From Gemmatimonadota bacterium (GTDB lineage: Bacteria; Gemmatimonadota; Gemmatimonadetes; Gemmatimonadales; GWC2-71-9): DNA of 64,000 bases. Below, piece after piece: positions 45,097-52,446 of this stretch. The translations under genes were made by a program, and so were the position numbers. Within the stretch, counting starts at the first letter, position 1; each line of letters starts with the position of its first letter. Under the pieces are notes generated by a model. It saw only the letters and a program-made list of their open reading frames with translations. It made no database searches and was not told the origin of the DNA. The DNA lies in assembly GCA_003223395.1 (NCBI GenBank), contig QHUZ01000040.1, positions 69,381 through 133,380 of the forward strand, written 5' to 3'.

Positions 45097-46494
45097 GTGA
45101 AAGCCACGCGCGCAACGCACCTCGCTCTCGTCGCCGTGCTCGGCGGAACGGGATCACTGACGACGGCTTGCAGGGACATCGCACAACCGGCCGCACCGGC
45201 CCCGGCGGTCAGGGCGACCGTCACGACGATCGGCGTCGATATCGATCCCGACGGTTACCGCGTGAGTGTAGACGACGGATCTGAGCGAGCGATCGGCACG
45301 AACGCAACCGTCACGATCGCGGATATCCCCGCCGGTGACCACGCAGTGCGGCTCGAGGGAGCGGCAGCGAACTGCACCGTGGACGGTAGCAACCCGCGCG
45401 CGGTGACTGTCGTCGCTGCCGGCACCGCCGACGTGGCGTTCACCGTCGCGTGCATCGCGCTCACTGGCAGCGCGGCGTTTGCGTCGGTGAGCGCGGGCTA
45501 CTTCTACAGCTGTGCTGTGAACACGGACGGCGTCGCGTACTGCTGGGGAAGTAATGCGTACGGACAACTCGGCGACGGCTCCACGATCGATAGACGAACG
45601 CCCGCGGTCGTCGCCGGCGGTCTCACGTTCACGCTCGTCAGCCCCGGCGTGGGTACGACGTGTGGGCTCACGACCGGGAGGCGCGCGTACTGCTGGGGTG
45701 ACGGCTACGGCCCGACGCCAGTGGCCGTCGCTGGGGGGATTTCATTTGTCGCCATCACCGTCGGCAAGCAGCATGTCTGTGGCTTGACGGCTGAGGGCGG
45801 TGGGTATTGCTGGGGGGACAACTGGCTGGGCGCGCTCGGCACGGGCGACGCGGCGAGTAGCCCGACGCCGGCGCCCGTCGCCGGCGGTCTCACCTTCACG
45901 TCGCTGAGCGCCGGCTGGTACTACACCTGCGGCGTCACCACGGGCGGAGCAGCCTATTGCTGGGGTGTGGACGGGGCCCTGGGGTTTTCCGCAACCGAGG
46001 TGTGCGACTGGGATGAGCCAACCCAGGGACCTCTGAAGTGCAGCAGGCGGCCCGCAGCCGTGGAAGGCGGGCCTAGCCTCGCGCTGATCGGGACAGGCGA
46101 GGGCTTCACGTGCGGACTTACGCCCGACGGCGCTGCCTATTGCTGGGGCAGCTATCCCGAATCCGGAAGCGTCAATCCTGTGCCGGTCCCGGGCGGGCTC
46201 ACGTTCGCCGGGTTCGGCGTCGCCGCGCAACGCGGCTGCGGGGTCGCGACCGGTGGTGGCGCCCAGTGTTGGGGTTGGATTCCCGTTGCTCCCTATCAAG
46301 GTGAGTTCAGCGCTCGGCCCACCGCAGTGCCCGGTGGGCTCAGCTTCGCGGCCGTCAGCGTGGGGTGGTACCACACCTGTGGAGTCACTCCCAACGGCAC
46401 AGCGTACTGCTGGGGCGCCAATGCGAACGGCGAGCTCGGGAACGGCTCGCAGACGTCCAGCATCATCCCCGTGAAGGTGACGGGGCAACCGTAG
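45097..46494 (+). CDS. RCC1-repeat (7-bladed propeller-type) putative lipoprotein with an N-terminal Ig-like domain
   Basis: GTG 45097 is preceded by GGAGGAA. Lipobox-like LTTAC. Repeated YCWG(S/D)N..GQLG/ALG motifs (YCWGSNAYGQLGDGS, YCWGDNWLGALGTGD, YCWGANANGELGNGS). Confidence 0.8.
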   Translation: MKATRATHLALVAVLGGTGSLTTACRDIAQPAAPAPAVRATVTTIGVDIDPDGYRVSVDDGSERAIGTNATVTIADIPAGDHAVRLEGAAANCTVDGSNPRAVTVVAAGTADVAFTVACIALTGSAAFASVSAGYFYSCAVNTDGVAYCWGSNAYGQLGDGSTIDRRTPAVVAGGLTFTLVSPGVGTTCGLTTGRRAYCWGDGYGPTPVAVAGGISFVAITVGKQHVCGLTAEGGGYCWGDNWLGALGTGDAASSPTPAPVAGGLTFTSLSAGWYYTCGVTTGGAAYCWGVDGALGFSATEVCDWDEPTQGPLKCSRRPAAVEGGPSLALIGTGEGFTCGLTPDGAAYCWGSYPESGSVNPVPVPGGLTFAGFGVAAQRGCGVATGGGAQCWGWIPVAPYQGEFSARPTAVPGGLSFAAVSVGWYHTCGVTPNGTAYCWGANANGELGNGSQTSSIIPVKVTGQP

Positions 46495-46503
46495 GAGGGG
46501 ACC

Positions 46504-47610
46504 ATGTTACGCATCGCACGCTTCACCCTCGTTGTCGCCTCGATCGCGCTTGCGTTCGCGGGCTGCCGAGATGCCGCCAGGTCGCTGACCGCCCCGTCGA
46601 GCGATCGCTTGGCGATGTCACGGGCGCTGGACCAATCCGCTCCGCTCGTGCCGCGCATCATCGCGCCTCGCACGACAGATCCGGACATCGACTACGTCCC
46701 CGTGCTCAATCCCCAGGTCAACCACCACTACGTCTGGCTCGATCCTTCCCAGAAGCCTCGCCCCAAGCTGCTCGTGTTTATGCCTGGCGCCGGCGGCACC
46801 GCTCGACCGGCGAGCTTCCTGCTCGTGCAGGAGGAGGCGGCCCGGCTCGGTTACCGGGTTATCGGCCTGATGTATCAGAACGACGCGGAGGTCGTCGTCA
46901 AATGCGGCGGCAGCGCCAACCCGGTCGGACATAGCCTCGATCCCGACTGCTCGAGCAACATGCGGCTGGAGATCTTGGACGGCATCGATCACTCGAGCGC
47001 CGTAACCGTGACGCGAGCTAACAGCATCGAGAACCGGTTGGCGAAACTGCTCGCGTACCTCGGCGACCAATTCCCGGACGAAGGATGGTCGCGGTTTTTG
47101 GAAGATGACGGAACGCCGAGGTGGTCGCAGATCGCGTTTAGCGGCCAGTCCCAAGGGTCCGGGCAGGCGGCGTTGATCGGGACGCTCCATCACGTCGATC
47201 GCGTCGTCATGTTCTCCGGACCACCCGACGCGCGCGTGCCCGAGGAGGTCGACCCGTGGATCTCCATTGGGGCGACGCCCGCGGCGAAATACTTCGCGCT
47301 CTTCCACGACCGCGATCATCTCGTCGTCGGCATCCGCGCGAATCTCACGGCCCTCATAGGGCAGTTCGGGGATCCGGTCATCGCGGAGTTGAATGACCCG
47401 CCGTACGGTGGGACGCACATCGTGTACACCGACCTCCGGCCTACGTTGGGATACGACGCTCCCAACGCGCCGCACCAGAGCACGGCTCGGGACAACAACA
47501 CGCCAGTCGATGCGAACGGCACGCCATTGTTGCGCGACGCCTGGCGCTACCTGCTCGGCGACGAGCCGCGTGGAGGAAGTGAGAAGGCGGTTACGCTCAG
47601 GACTCCGTAA
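46504..47610 (+). CDS. Putative lipoprotein, possible alpha/beta-hydrolase (GxSxG)
   Basis: Lipobox LAFAGC. A nucleophile-elbow-like FSGQSQGSG. No firmer family recognition. Confidence 0.5.
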   Translation: MLRIARFTLVVASIALAFAGCRDAARSLTAPSSDRLAMSRALDQSAPLVPRIIAPRTTDPDIDYVPVLNPQVNHHYVWLDPSQKPRPKLLVFMPGAGGTARPASFLLVQEEAARLGYRVIGLMYQNDAEVVVKCGGSANPVGHSLDPDCSSNMRLEILDGIDHSSAVTVTRANSIENRLAKLLAYLGDQFPDEGWSRFLEDDGTPRWSQIAFSGQSQGSGQAALIGTLHHVDRVVMFSGPPDARVPEEVDPWISIGATPAAKYFALFHDRDHLVVGIRANLTALIGQFGDPVIAELNDPPYGGTHIVYTDLRPTLGYDAPNAPHQSTARDNNTPVDANGTPLLRDAWRYLLGDEPRGGSEKAVTLRTP

Positions 47611-47618
47611 CTGACCGT

Positions 47619-47715
47619 TCTCCGATGATGGGTGATCCGGTGTCCTAGCGCACCTAGGTACCGGATCTCCATCAAGCGACAGTCATCGACGTCGTTGCAA
47701 GTTGCCGGGTCATGA
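47619..47715 (-). pseudogene. Decayed fragment of a BRCT-domain gene 3' end (copy of 49827-49881 and flanks)
   Basis: 47619-47674 aligns to 49827-49881 at about 49 of 55 positions by hand, with one inserted G and an in-frame TAG. Its translation, RLMEIRYLGALGHRIT, compares with KLMEIRRLAALGHRIT in the intact kinase-BRCT gene. Confidence 0.55.
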
Positions 47716-47767
47716 TTGTGACGATACGTTACTCCTCGTCGAGCCCGCCGGCCCCTGATGCCGAATC

Positions 47768-47791
47768 GACGCCCCTCCAGGACGCCCCTCC
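47768..47791 (+). repeat. Tandem direct repeat GACGCCCCTCC x2 upstream of the PD40 gene pair
   Basis: GACGCCCCTCC at 47768-47778 and 47781-47791, 55-78 nt upstream of ATG 47846. Confidence 0.6.
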
Positions 47792-47845
47792 GACACCGAG
47801 ACCGTAACCGCGCGCCGCGCGGGCTTCCCACCTACGGGGGAGGCT

Positions 47846-48808
47846 ATGACCATCACACGCCGCCATCTCGCTGCATTGACGGTGCTAGGACTGCTGGTCG
47901 CTTGCAGGCCGAATTCCGACCAGGTCGTATATCAGCTTCAGGCCGACCGCTTCGCAGGCTCCGAATGGTCCGAGCCGGTGAATCTCGGTCCCGTGGTGAA
48001 CTCGAACGCCCTCGACGCCAACGCCGGCCTCTCGTCCGACGCGCATACGCTCTTCTTCGTCTCGACACGCACCGGCGGTCTCGGCAACCTCGATATCTGG
48101 ATGTCGCGTCGCCGCTGTCTGGCGTGCGATTGGGAAGTCCCGGTGAATCTCGGTGCGCCGATCAACAGCGACGCGATCGACGCCGCACCGACGATGTCTG
48201 AAGACGGCCGCCTCCTGTTCTTCTATAGTGCGCGCGCTGGTGGTTTCGGCCTCGGCGACGTTTACGTCTCCCATCGCGTGAGCACCGGCGCGGACGGGGA
48301 CGTCTGGGGCCCTCCGGTGAACCTCGGACCGGATGTGAATACGGCGGCCAACGAGCAGGGCACGTTTTACGTGCATGAGCCGGGAGAGCCGAACGCCTTC
48401 GTGTACTTCAATCGACCGACCGCCGGCGGCAGCGTCGACGTCTATCGAGTCGCGGTGTCGAATGACGGCGACGCGCTCGGCCCTGCGGTTCTCGTCCCGG
48501 AGTTGAGCGACCCGGCCACGTTCGACCAAAAAGTGGCGGTGAGCGCGGACGGTCACGAGCTGCTGCTCTCCTCGTTGCGGGCGGGAGGCTTCGGCAACTT
48601 CGACATCTGGCGCTTCACCCGCCAGTCCGCCCAAGACCCCTGGTCGAATCCAACCCATTTGGACGCGCCGATCAACACTCCAGACGTCGATTCGCAACCG
48701 GTGCTCTCGCGCGACGGGCGCACACTGATCTTCACGTCGATCCGGCCAGGCGGCGTCGGCGTGCAGGATCTCTGGATGTCGACGCGCCAGCCGGGTCTGC
48801 AGCCATGA
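47846..48808 (+). CDS. PD40/TolB-like beta-propeller lipoprotein, paralog 1 (320 aa)
   Basis: GGGGGAGG precedes the ATG. Lipobox LLVAC. Five repeats of W..PVNLG..VN....(D/E)..P.LS.DG..L.F.S.R.GG.G..D.W. Confidence 0.8.
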   Translation: MTITRRHLAALTVLGLLVACRPNSDQVVYQLQADRFAGSEWSEPVNLGPVVNSNALDANAGLSSDAHTLFFVSTRTGGLGNLDIWMSRRRCLACDWEVPVNLGAPINSDAIDAAPTMSEDGRLLFFYSARAGGFGLGDVYVSHRVSTGADGDVWGPPVNLGPDVNTAANEQGTFYVHEPGEPNAFVYFNRPTAGGSVDVYRVAVSNDGDALGPAVLVPELSDPATFDQKVAVSADGHELLLSSLRAGGFGNFDIWRFTRQSAQDPWSNPTHLDAPINTPDVDSQPVLSRDGRTLIFTSIRPGGVGVQDLWMSTRQPGLQP

Positions 48809-49767
48809 CGCCGACTTCCCGGACGCTCGCTGCGGTGGCTTCGCTCGCGCTGCTCCCTGCCTGTGGAATAGAGTCCGATCGGAGCACTACGGCGAACCTC
48901 GTCGTGAACCCCACGGCGCACTTCTCCACGTGGTCCGAGCCCGTAAACCTCGGCTCGACGATCAACACGACGTTCAACGAACAAGGTCCGACGCTCTCGA
49001 ACGACGAGCTGAGCCTCTACTTCGGCTCCGATCGACCCGGCGGAATCGGTGGATTCGACGTTTGGGTTTCCCAGCGCGCCTGCAAGGACTGCGCGTGGGA
49101 AGCTCCACTGGACCTCGGACCGGCCGTTAATACAGCCTCGGACGAGACTGGACCAGGATTATCCGTGGACGGGCATCTGCTCTTCTTCAGAAGCACTCGG
49201 CCAGGCGGGGCGGGCCTCGGGGATGTCTTCCTCTCAAAACGCGCCAACCCGAAGGACGACTTCGGCTGGGGTGTCCCCGTTGCACTCGGGCCGGGCGTCA
49301 ACACCGCGGCGGCGGAGGCTGGTGCGGAGTTCTTGCAGAGCGCCGAGGACGGCGCGGCGAACCTCTACTTCAATCGAGCGCCACCGGGCGGGACCGCGGA
49401 TCTCTACTATGCAGCGATCACGCGGGACGGAGAGACTCTGGGGCCCGCCGTGCTGATTTCCGAGCTCAGTGACCCGATTGCCACCGATCAAGGTCCGACG
49501 CTGCGCTCGGATGGCAGGGAGGTGTTCTTCTTTTCAACCCGACCCGGTGGGCTCGGGGGGGCGGATCTCTGGACATCCACGCGGCGCAGCGTTCACGATC
49601 CCTGGACGCCGCCGATGAACGTGGGGGCGCCCCTGAACTCGCCGGCCGCCGAACAGCAGCCCAGCCTTTCGAGCGGCGGCTTGACGCTGCTTTTCGCATC
49701 GAGTCGCGGCGGCGGTTTTGGCGGTACGGATATCTGGATGTCGACGCGTGCGCGAGGTGCGCAGTAG
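48805..49767 (+). CDS. PD40/TolB-like beta-propeller lipoprotein, paralog 2 (320 aa)
   Basis: ATGA overlap with paralog 1. Lipobox LLPAC. It has the same five-repeat layout and the same Cys pair (CKDCAW versus CLACDW). Confidence 0.8.
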   Translation: MTPTSRTLAAVASLALLPACGIESDRSTTANLVVNPTAHFSTWSEPVNLGSTINTTFNEQGPTLSNDELSLYFGSDRPGGIGGFDVWVSQRACKDCAWEAPLDLGPAVNTASDETGPGLSVDGHLLFFRSTRPGGAGLGDVFLSKRANPKDDFGWGVPVALGPGVNTAAAEAGAEFLQSAEDGAANLYFNRAPPGGTADLYYAAITRDGETLGPAVLISELSDPIATDQGPTLRSDGREVFFFSTRPGGLGGADLWTSTRRSVHDPWTPPMNVGAPLNSPAAEQQPSLSSGGLTLLFASSRGGGFGGTDIWMSTRARGAQ

Positions 49768-49768
49768 C

Positions 49769-50869
49769 TCAGCCCTTGCGCCGTCGCGCCTGCGTCTTGA
49801 GCGCGGCGAGTTTCCAGAACTGCTGCTCTCCGATGATGGTGATCCGGTGTCCCAGCGCCGCCAGGCGCCGGATCTCCATCAGCTTCGTCCCACCATCTTC
49901 GCCGGCGATCTGCAGCTGGTTCGGCCGGCCACGCACGAGCACATCGGTCGTCCGCCCGGGTTTCGATTGGATGATCGCGCCGGCCTTGCGGGCCGCGGCG
50001 AAGGCCTCGCTCCGCGGGCGTCGCAGGAATCCGGTGATCGACAGCCGTTTTCCCGCCAGAGTCGCGACGCGCCCCTTCGCCAGCTCCTTGGGCCGATGTC
50101 GCAGCGCCGCGATCAGCTCGCCGGCGGCTTCGTAGCGCCTGCCGCGGCTCCCCAGACAGCGGTGAATGACTTCCTTCAAATGGTCGCTGCAGGGAAGGCC
50201 ACGGACGTCCTTACTGCGCATGGGACTGGTGATGTCACCGCGCAACAGCATCGCCGCGAGTTGGCCGACCTGATAGATGTCGTCCCGCTGTTGCCACCTC
50301 CGAATCCAGCCCCACGCGATCTCCGTCGGCGCATTGAGCGGGTTGAACGCGTCGGCGGTGACCCCGTGGCGATTGCGCTGATGCCGGGCGATGCCGAAGT
50401 CGCCGAGCTTGAGCTGCTCCTTCTCGCACACGAACACGTTGAAGGGCGTGAGGTCGCGATGGAGCGCCTGGCCGCGATGCAGCGTGTCGAGCGCGCCGAG
50501 GAGCGCGGCGATCTCGCGGCGGACAAAGCGCTCGGGCTGCGGGCCGCGCTGCTTGAGCCACGCGCCCACGTCGCCGTGCTCGGCGTACTCCATCACCATG
50601 CAGTAGCGCATGCCGTCGCCGTCGACTTCCGCAAACCGGTCGAACACGCGCAGCGCGCGCGGTTCCTGCTCGAGCAGCTCGGCGAAGTACGCCTCGCGCA
50701 GCCACGCGGTGAGACGGTGGCTGATCTTGATGCAGACCCGCGGCGGTAGCCCGCCCTGAGGTATGGGAGTCGACAGGTAGACCTCGCCGAATCCTCCCTG
50801 GCCGATGAGGCGGTCCAGCCGGTAGGTGCGACCGGTCTCGGAGCTCTTGGCCTCGGCTCTCTTTCCCAT
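49769..50869 (-). CDS. Soluble Ser/Thr protein kinase fused to a C-terminal BRCT-like domain
   Basis: IGQGGFGEVY, VCIKIS, HRDLTPFNVFV, DFGIAR. The C-terminal LAGKRLSITGFL...KPGRTTDVLVRG...TKLMEIRRLAALGHRITIIGEQQFWKL resembles the LigA-type BRCT. No TM helix. Confidence 0.75.
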   Translation of the reverse strand: MGKRAEAKSSETGRTYRLDRLIGQGGFGEVYLSTPIPQGGLPPRVCIKISHRLTAWLREAYFAELLEQEPRALRVFDRFAEVDGDGMRYCMVMEYAEHGDVGAWLKQRGPQPERFVRREIAALLGALDTLHRGQALHRDLTPFNVFVCEKEQLKLGDFGIARHQRNRHGVTADAFNPLNAPTEIAWGWIRRWQQRDDIYQVGQLAAMLLRGDITSPMRSKDVRGLPCSDHLKEVIHRCLGSRGRRYEAAGELIAALRHRPKELAKGRVATLAGKRLSITGFLRRPRSEAFAAARKAGAIIQSKPGRTTDVLVRGRPNQLQIAGEDGGTKLMEIRRLAALGHRITIIGEQQFWKLAALKTQARRRKG

Positions 50870-50924
50870 GCGACTTACTTGCCGCTCATCCAGGCGGCCG
50901 TCAAGCCGACGGCAGCCCTTCGCC

Positions 50925-50952
50925 TTGACACCCCGTCGCGCCCGGCTATATC
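50925..50952 (+). promoter_or_regulatory. Sigma70-like promoter candidate for the ECF sigma operon
   Basis: TTGACA (50925-50930), 16-nt spacer, TATATC (50947-50952), about 25 nt upstream of GTG 50978. Confidence 0.4.
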
Positions 50953-50977
50953 CGGCTGCACTCCCTCAAGGCCGGCC

Positions 50978-51763
50978 GTGGAAGATTGGGTTGCCGAGCT
51001 AGAGCGGGGCAGGTTCGACGCCGCATGGGACCTGTTCCTCGATCGGTACCGGCGTCTCATCTTCGCGGCCATCCGGCACTATGCCCAGGACTACGATGAT
51101 GTGATGGACGTGTTCGCGCGCGCGTGCGAGGCGCTGCGCGCGGACGATCTCCGGCGGCTGCGGTCCTGGGTCGAGCAGCCCGAGCATCGTGCCAGGTTCT
51201 CCACCTGGCTCGTCACGGTGGTTCGCCACCTCACCGTGGATTGGTTTCGCCACCGCGATGGCCGCCGCCGACTGTCCGTCGTTGCCGAAGAACTGCCGCC
51301 GCTGCGCCGCCGGATCTTCGAGCTCGTGTTCCTGGATCAGCGCAGTCACATCGAAGCCTACGAGCTCATCCACACCGGCGAAGCCGCCCCGCTCACGTTT
51401 CGGGAGTTCCTCAGCGAGCTGCGCGCGACCTATCACGCCGTAGCAACGGGACGACGGGGCCAGATCCTCCGCGATCTCGCTCCCACGTCCGAGGCTGTAG
51501 AGAATCTCCCGGCCGATCCTGCCGGTCCGAGCGCGACGAGTGCTGCCGAACAGAGTCAGCTGATGGAGCGGGCACTGGGTATGCTCGCCCCCGACGATCG
51601 CCTGATCGTGGAGTTGTACGTCCTGGAAGAGCTTCCCGCCGAGACGGTCGCAACGGTGCTGGGGTTGGCGAACGCGAAAGCGGTTTACAACCGCGCCTAC
51701 CGTGCCTTGGCGGTGGTGCGTGAGCATCTGGAACGGGCCGGCGTGGGACGAGAGGACCTGTGA
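50978..51763 (+). CDS. ECF-type RNA polymerase sigma factor with an extended region-2/region-4 linker
   Basis: Start set at GTG 50978, downstream of the promoter candidate; ORF-track start 50879 would leave only 9 nt to the divergent gene. Region 2 DVMDVFARACEAL...FSTWLVTVVRHLTVDWFRHR. Region 4 LIVELYVLEELPAETVATVLGLANAKAVYNRAYRAL. Confidence 0.8.
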   Translation: MEDWVAELERGRFDAAWDLFLDRYRRLIFAAIRHYAQDYDDVMDVFARACEALRADDLRRLRSWVEQPEHRARFSTWLVTVVRHLTVDWFRHRDGRRRLSVVAEELPPLRRRIFELVFLDQRSHIEAYELIHTGEAAPLTFREFLSELRATYHAVATGRRGQILRDLAPTSEAVENLPADPAGPSATSAAEQSQLMERALGMLAPDDRLIVELYVLEELPAETVATVLGLANAKAVYNRAYRALAVVREHLERAGVGREDL

Positions 51764-52446
51764 GCAGTCGGGACCCTCGGGACCGTCTCATGATGCCTGA
51801 CGAATCCTTCGAGGAGTTGAAGCGCGTGCTCGATACCCGGGTGCGGTCTGAAACGCCAACACCGGACTGCTTGCAGGACGACCTGATCGCGGCGCTCGCG
51901 TATGGATCCCTGGCTCCGGATGCGAGCGCAGCGGTCCTCCCGCACGTCGCTTCATGCTCCCGCTGCCGAGCGGCCGTGGCGTCAGTCGCGAGGGCACTCG
52001 CGGATCCGGTGATCGCCCGGGAATTGCCCGGCGCTCGCGCCGGGCGCCGTTGGTTCCGCATCGCGGTACCGCTTGCGGCCGCCGCGGTCCTGCTCCTCCT
52101 GCTCTCCTCACCCTGGGGTGACCGATTGCCCGGACACCGCGGGCCGCCACCTCCGCCCCCCGCAACCACGCCGATTCCTCGGTCACCGGTTGGGAGTGTG
52201 GCCGCCGCAAAGGACCTCCGGTGGAGTCCCGTCGTCGGGGCGGATCGCTATCGGGTGACGGTCTTTGACGTGACGGGGGGCGTGGTGTACGCGTCGGAAT
52301 CGTCCGACACCGTCGTCGCGTTCCCCGATTCCGTCGCGTTGGTGCCTGGCGCTTCGTATCTGTGGAAGGTAGAGGCGCGCACGGGCTTTGATCGGTGGTC
52401 GCCGTCGGAGCTGGCCGAGTTCAAAATCGCGTTGCAGCAGCGATGA
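51760..52446 (+). CDS. ZAS-type (zf-HC2) transmembrane anti-sigma factor with an Ig/FN3-like extracytoplasmic domain
   Basis: GTGA overlap. H-x3-C-x2-C motif (HVASCSRC). TM helix WFRIAVPLAAAAVLLLLLSS. C-terminal LRWSPVVGADRYRVTVFD...ASYLWKVEA. Confidence 0.8.
   Translation: MSSRDPRDRLMMPDESFEELKRVLDTRVRSETPTPDCLQDDLIAALAYGSLAPDASAAVLPHVASCSRCRAAVASVARALADPVIARELPGARAGRRWFRIAVPLAAAAVLLLLLSSPWGDRLPGHRGPPPPPPATTPIPRSPVGSVAAAKDLRWSPVVGADRYRVTVFDVTGGVVYASESSDTVVAFPDSVALVPGASYLWKVEARTGFDRWSPSELAEFKIALQQR

Noticed and set aside
47547-47831. A 94-aa minus-strand ORF in the spacer after the hydrolase-like gene.
   Set aside because: Only its middle resembles anything (the BRCT C-terminus of the kinase gene), and that similarity is broken by an indel and a stop in the homologous frame. 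I interpret it as a gene relic, not a functional CDS.
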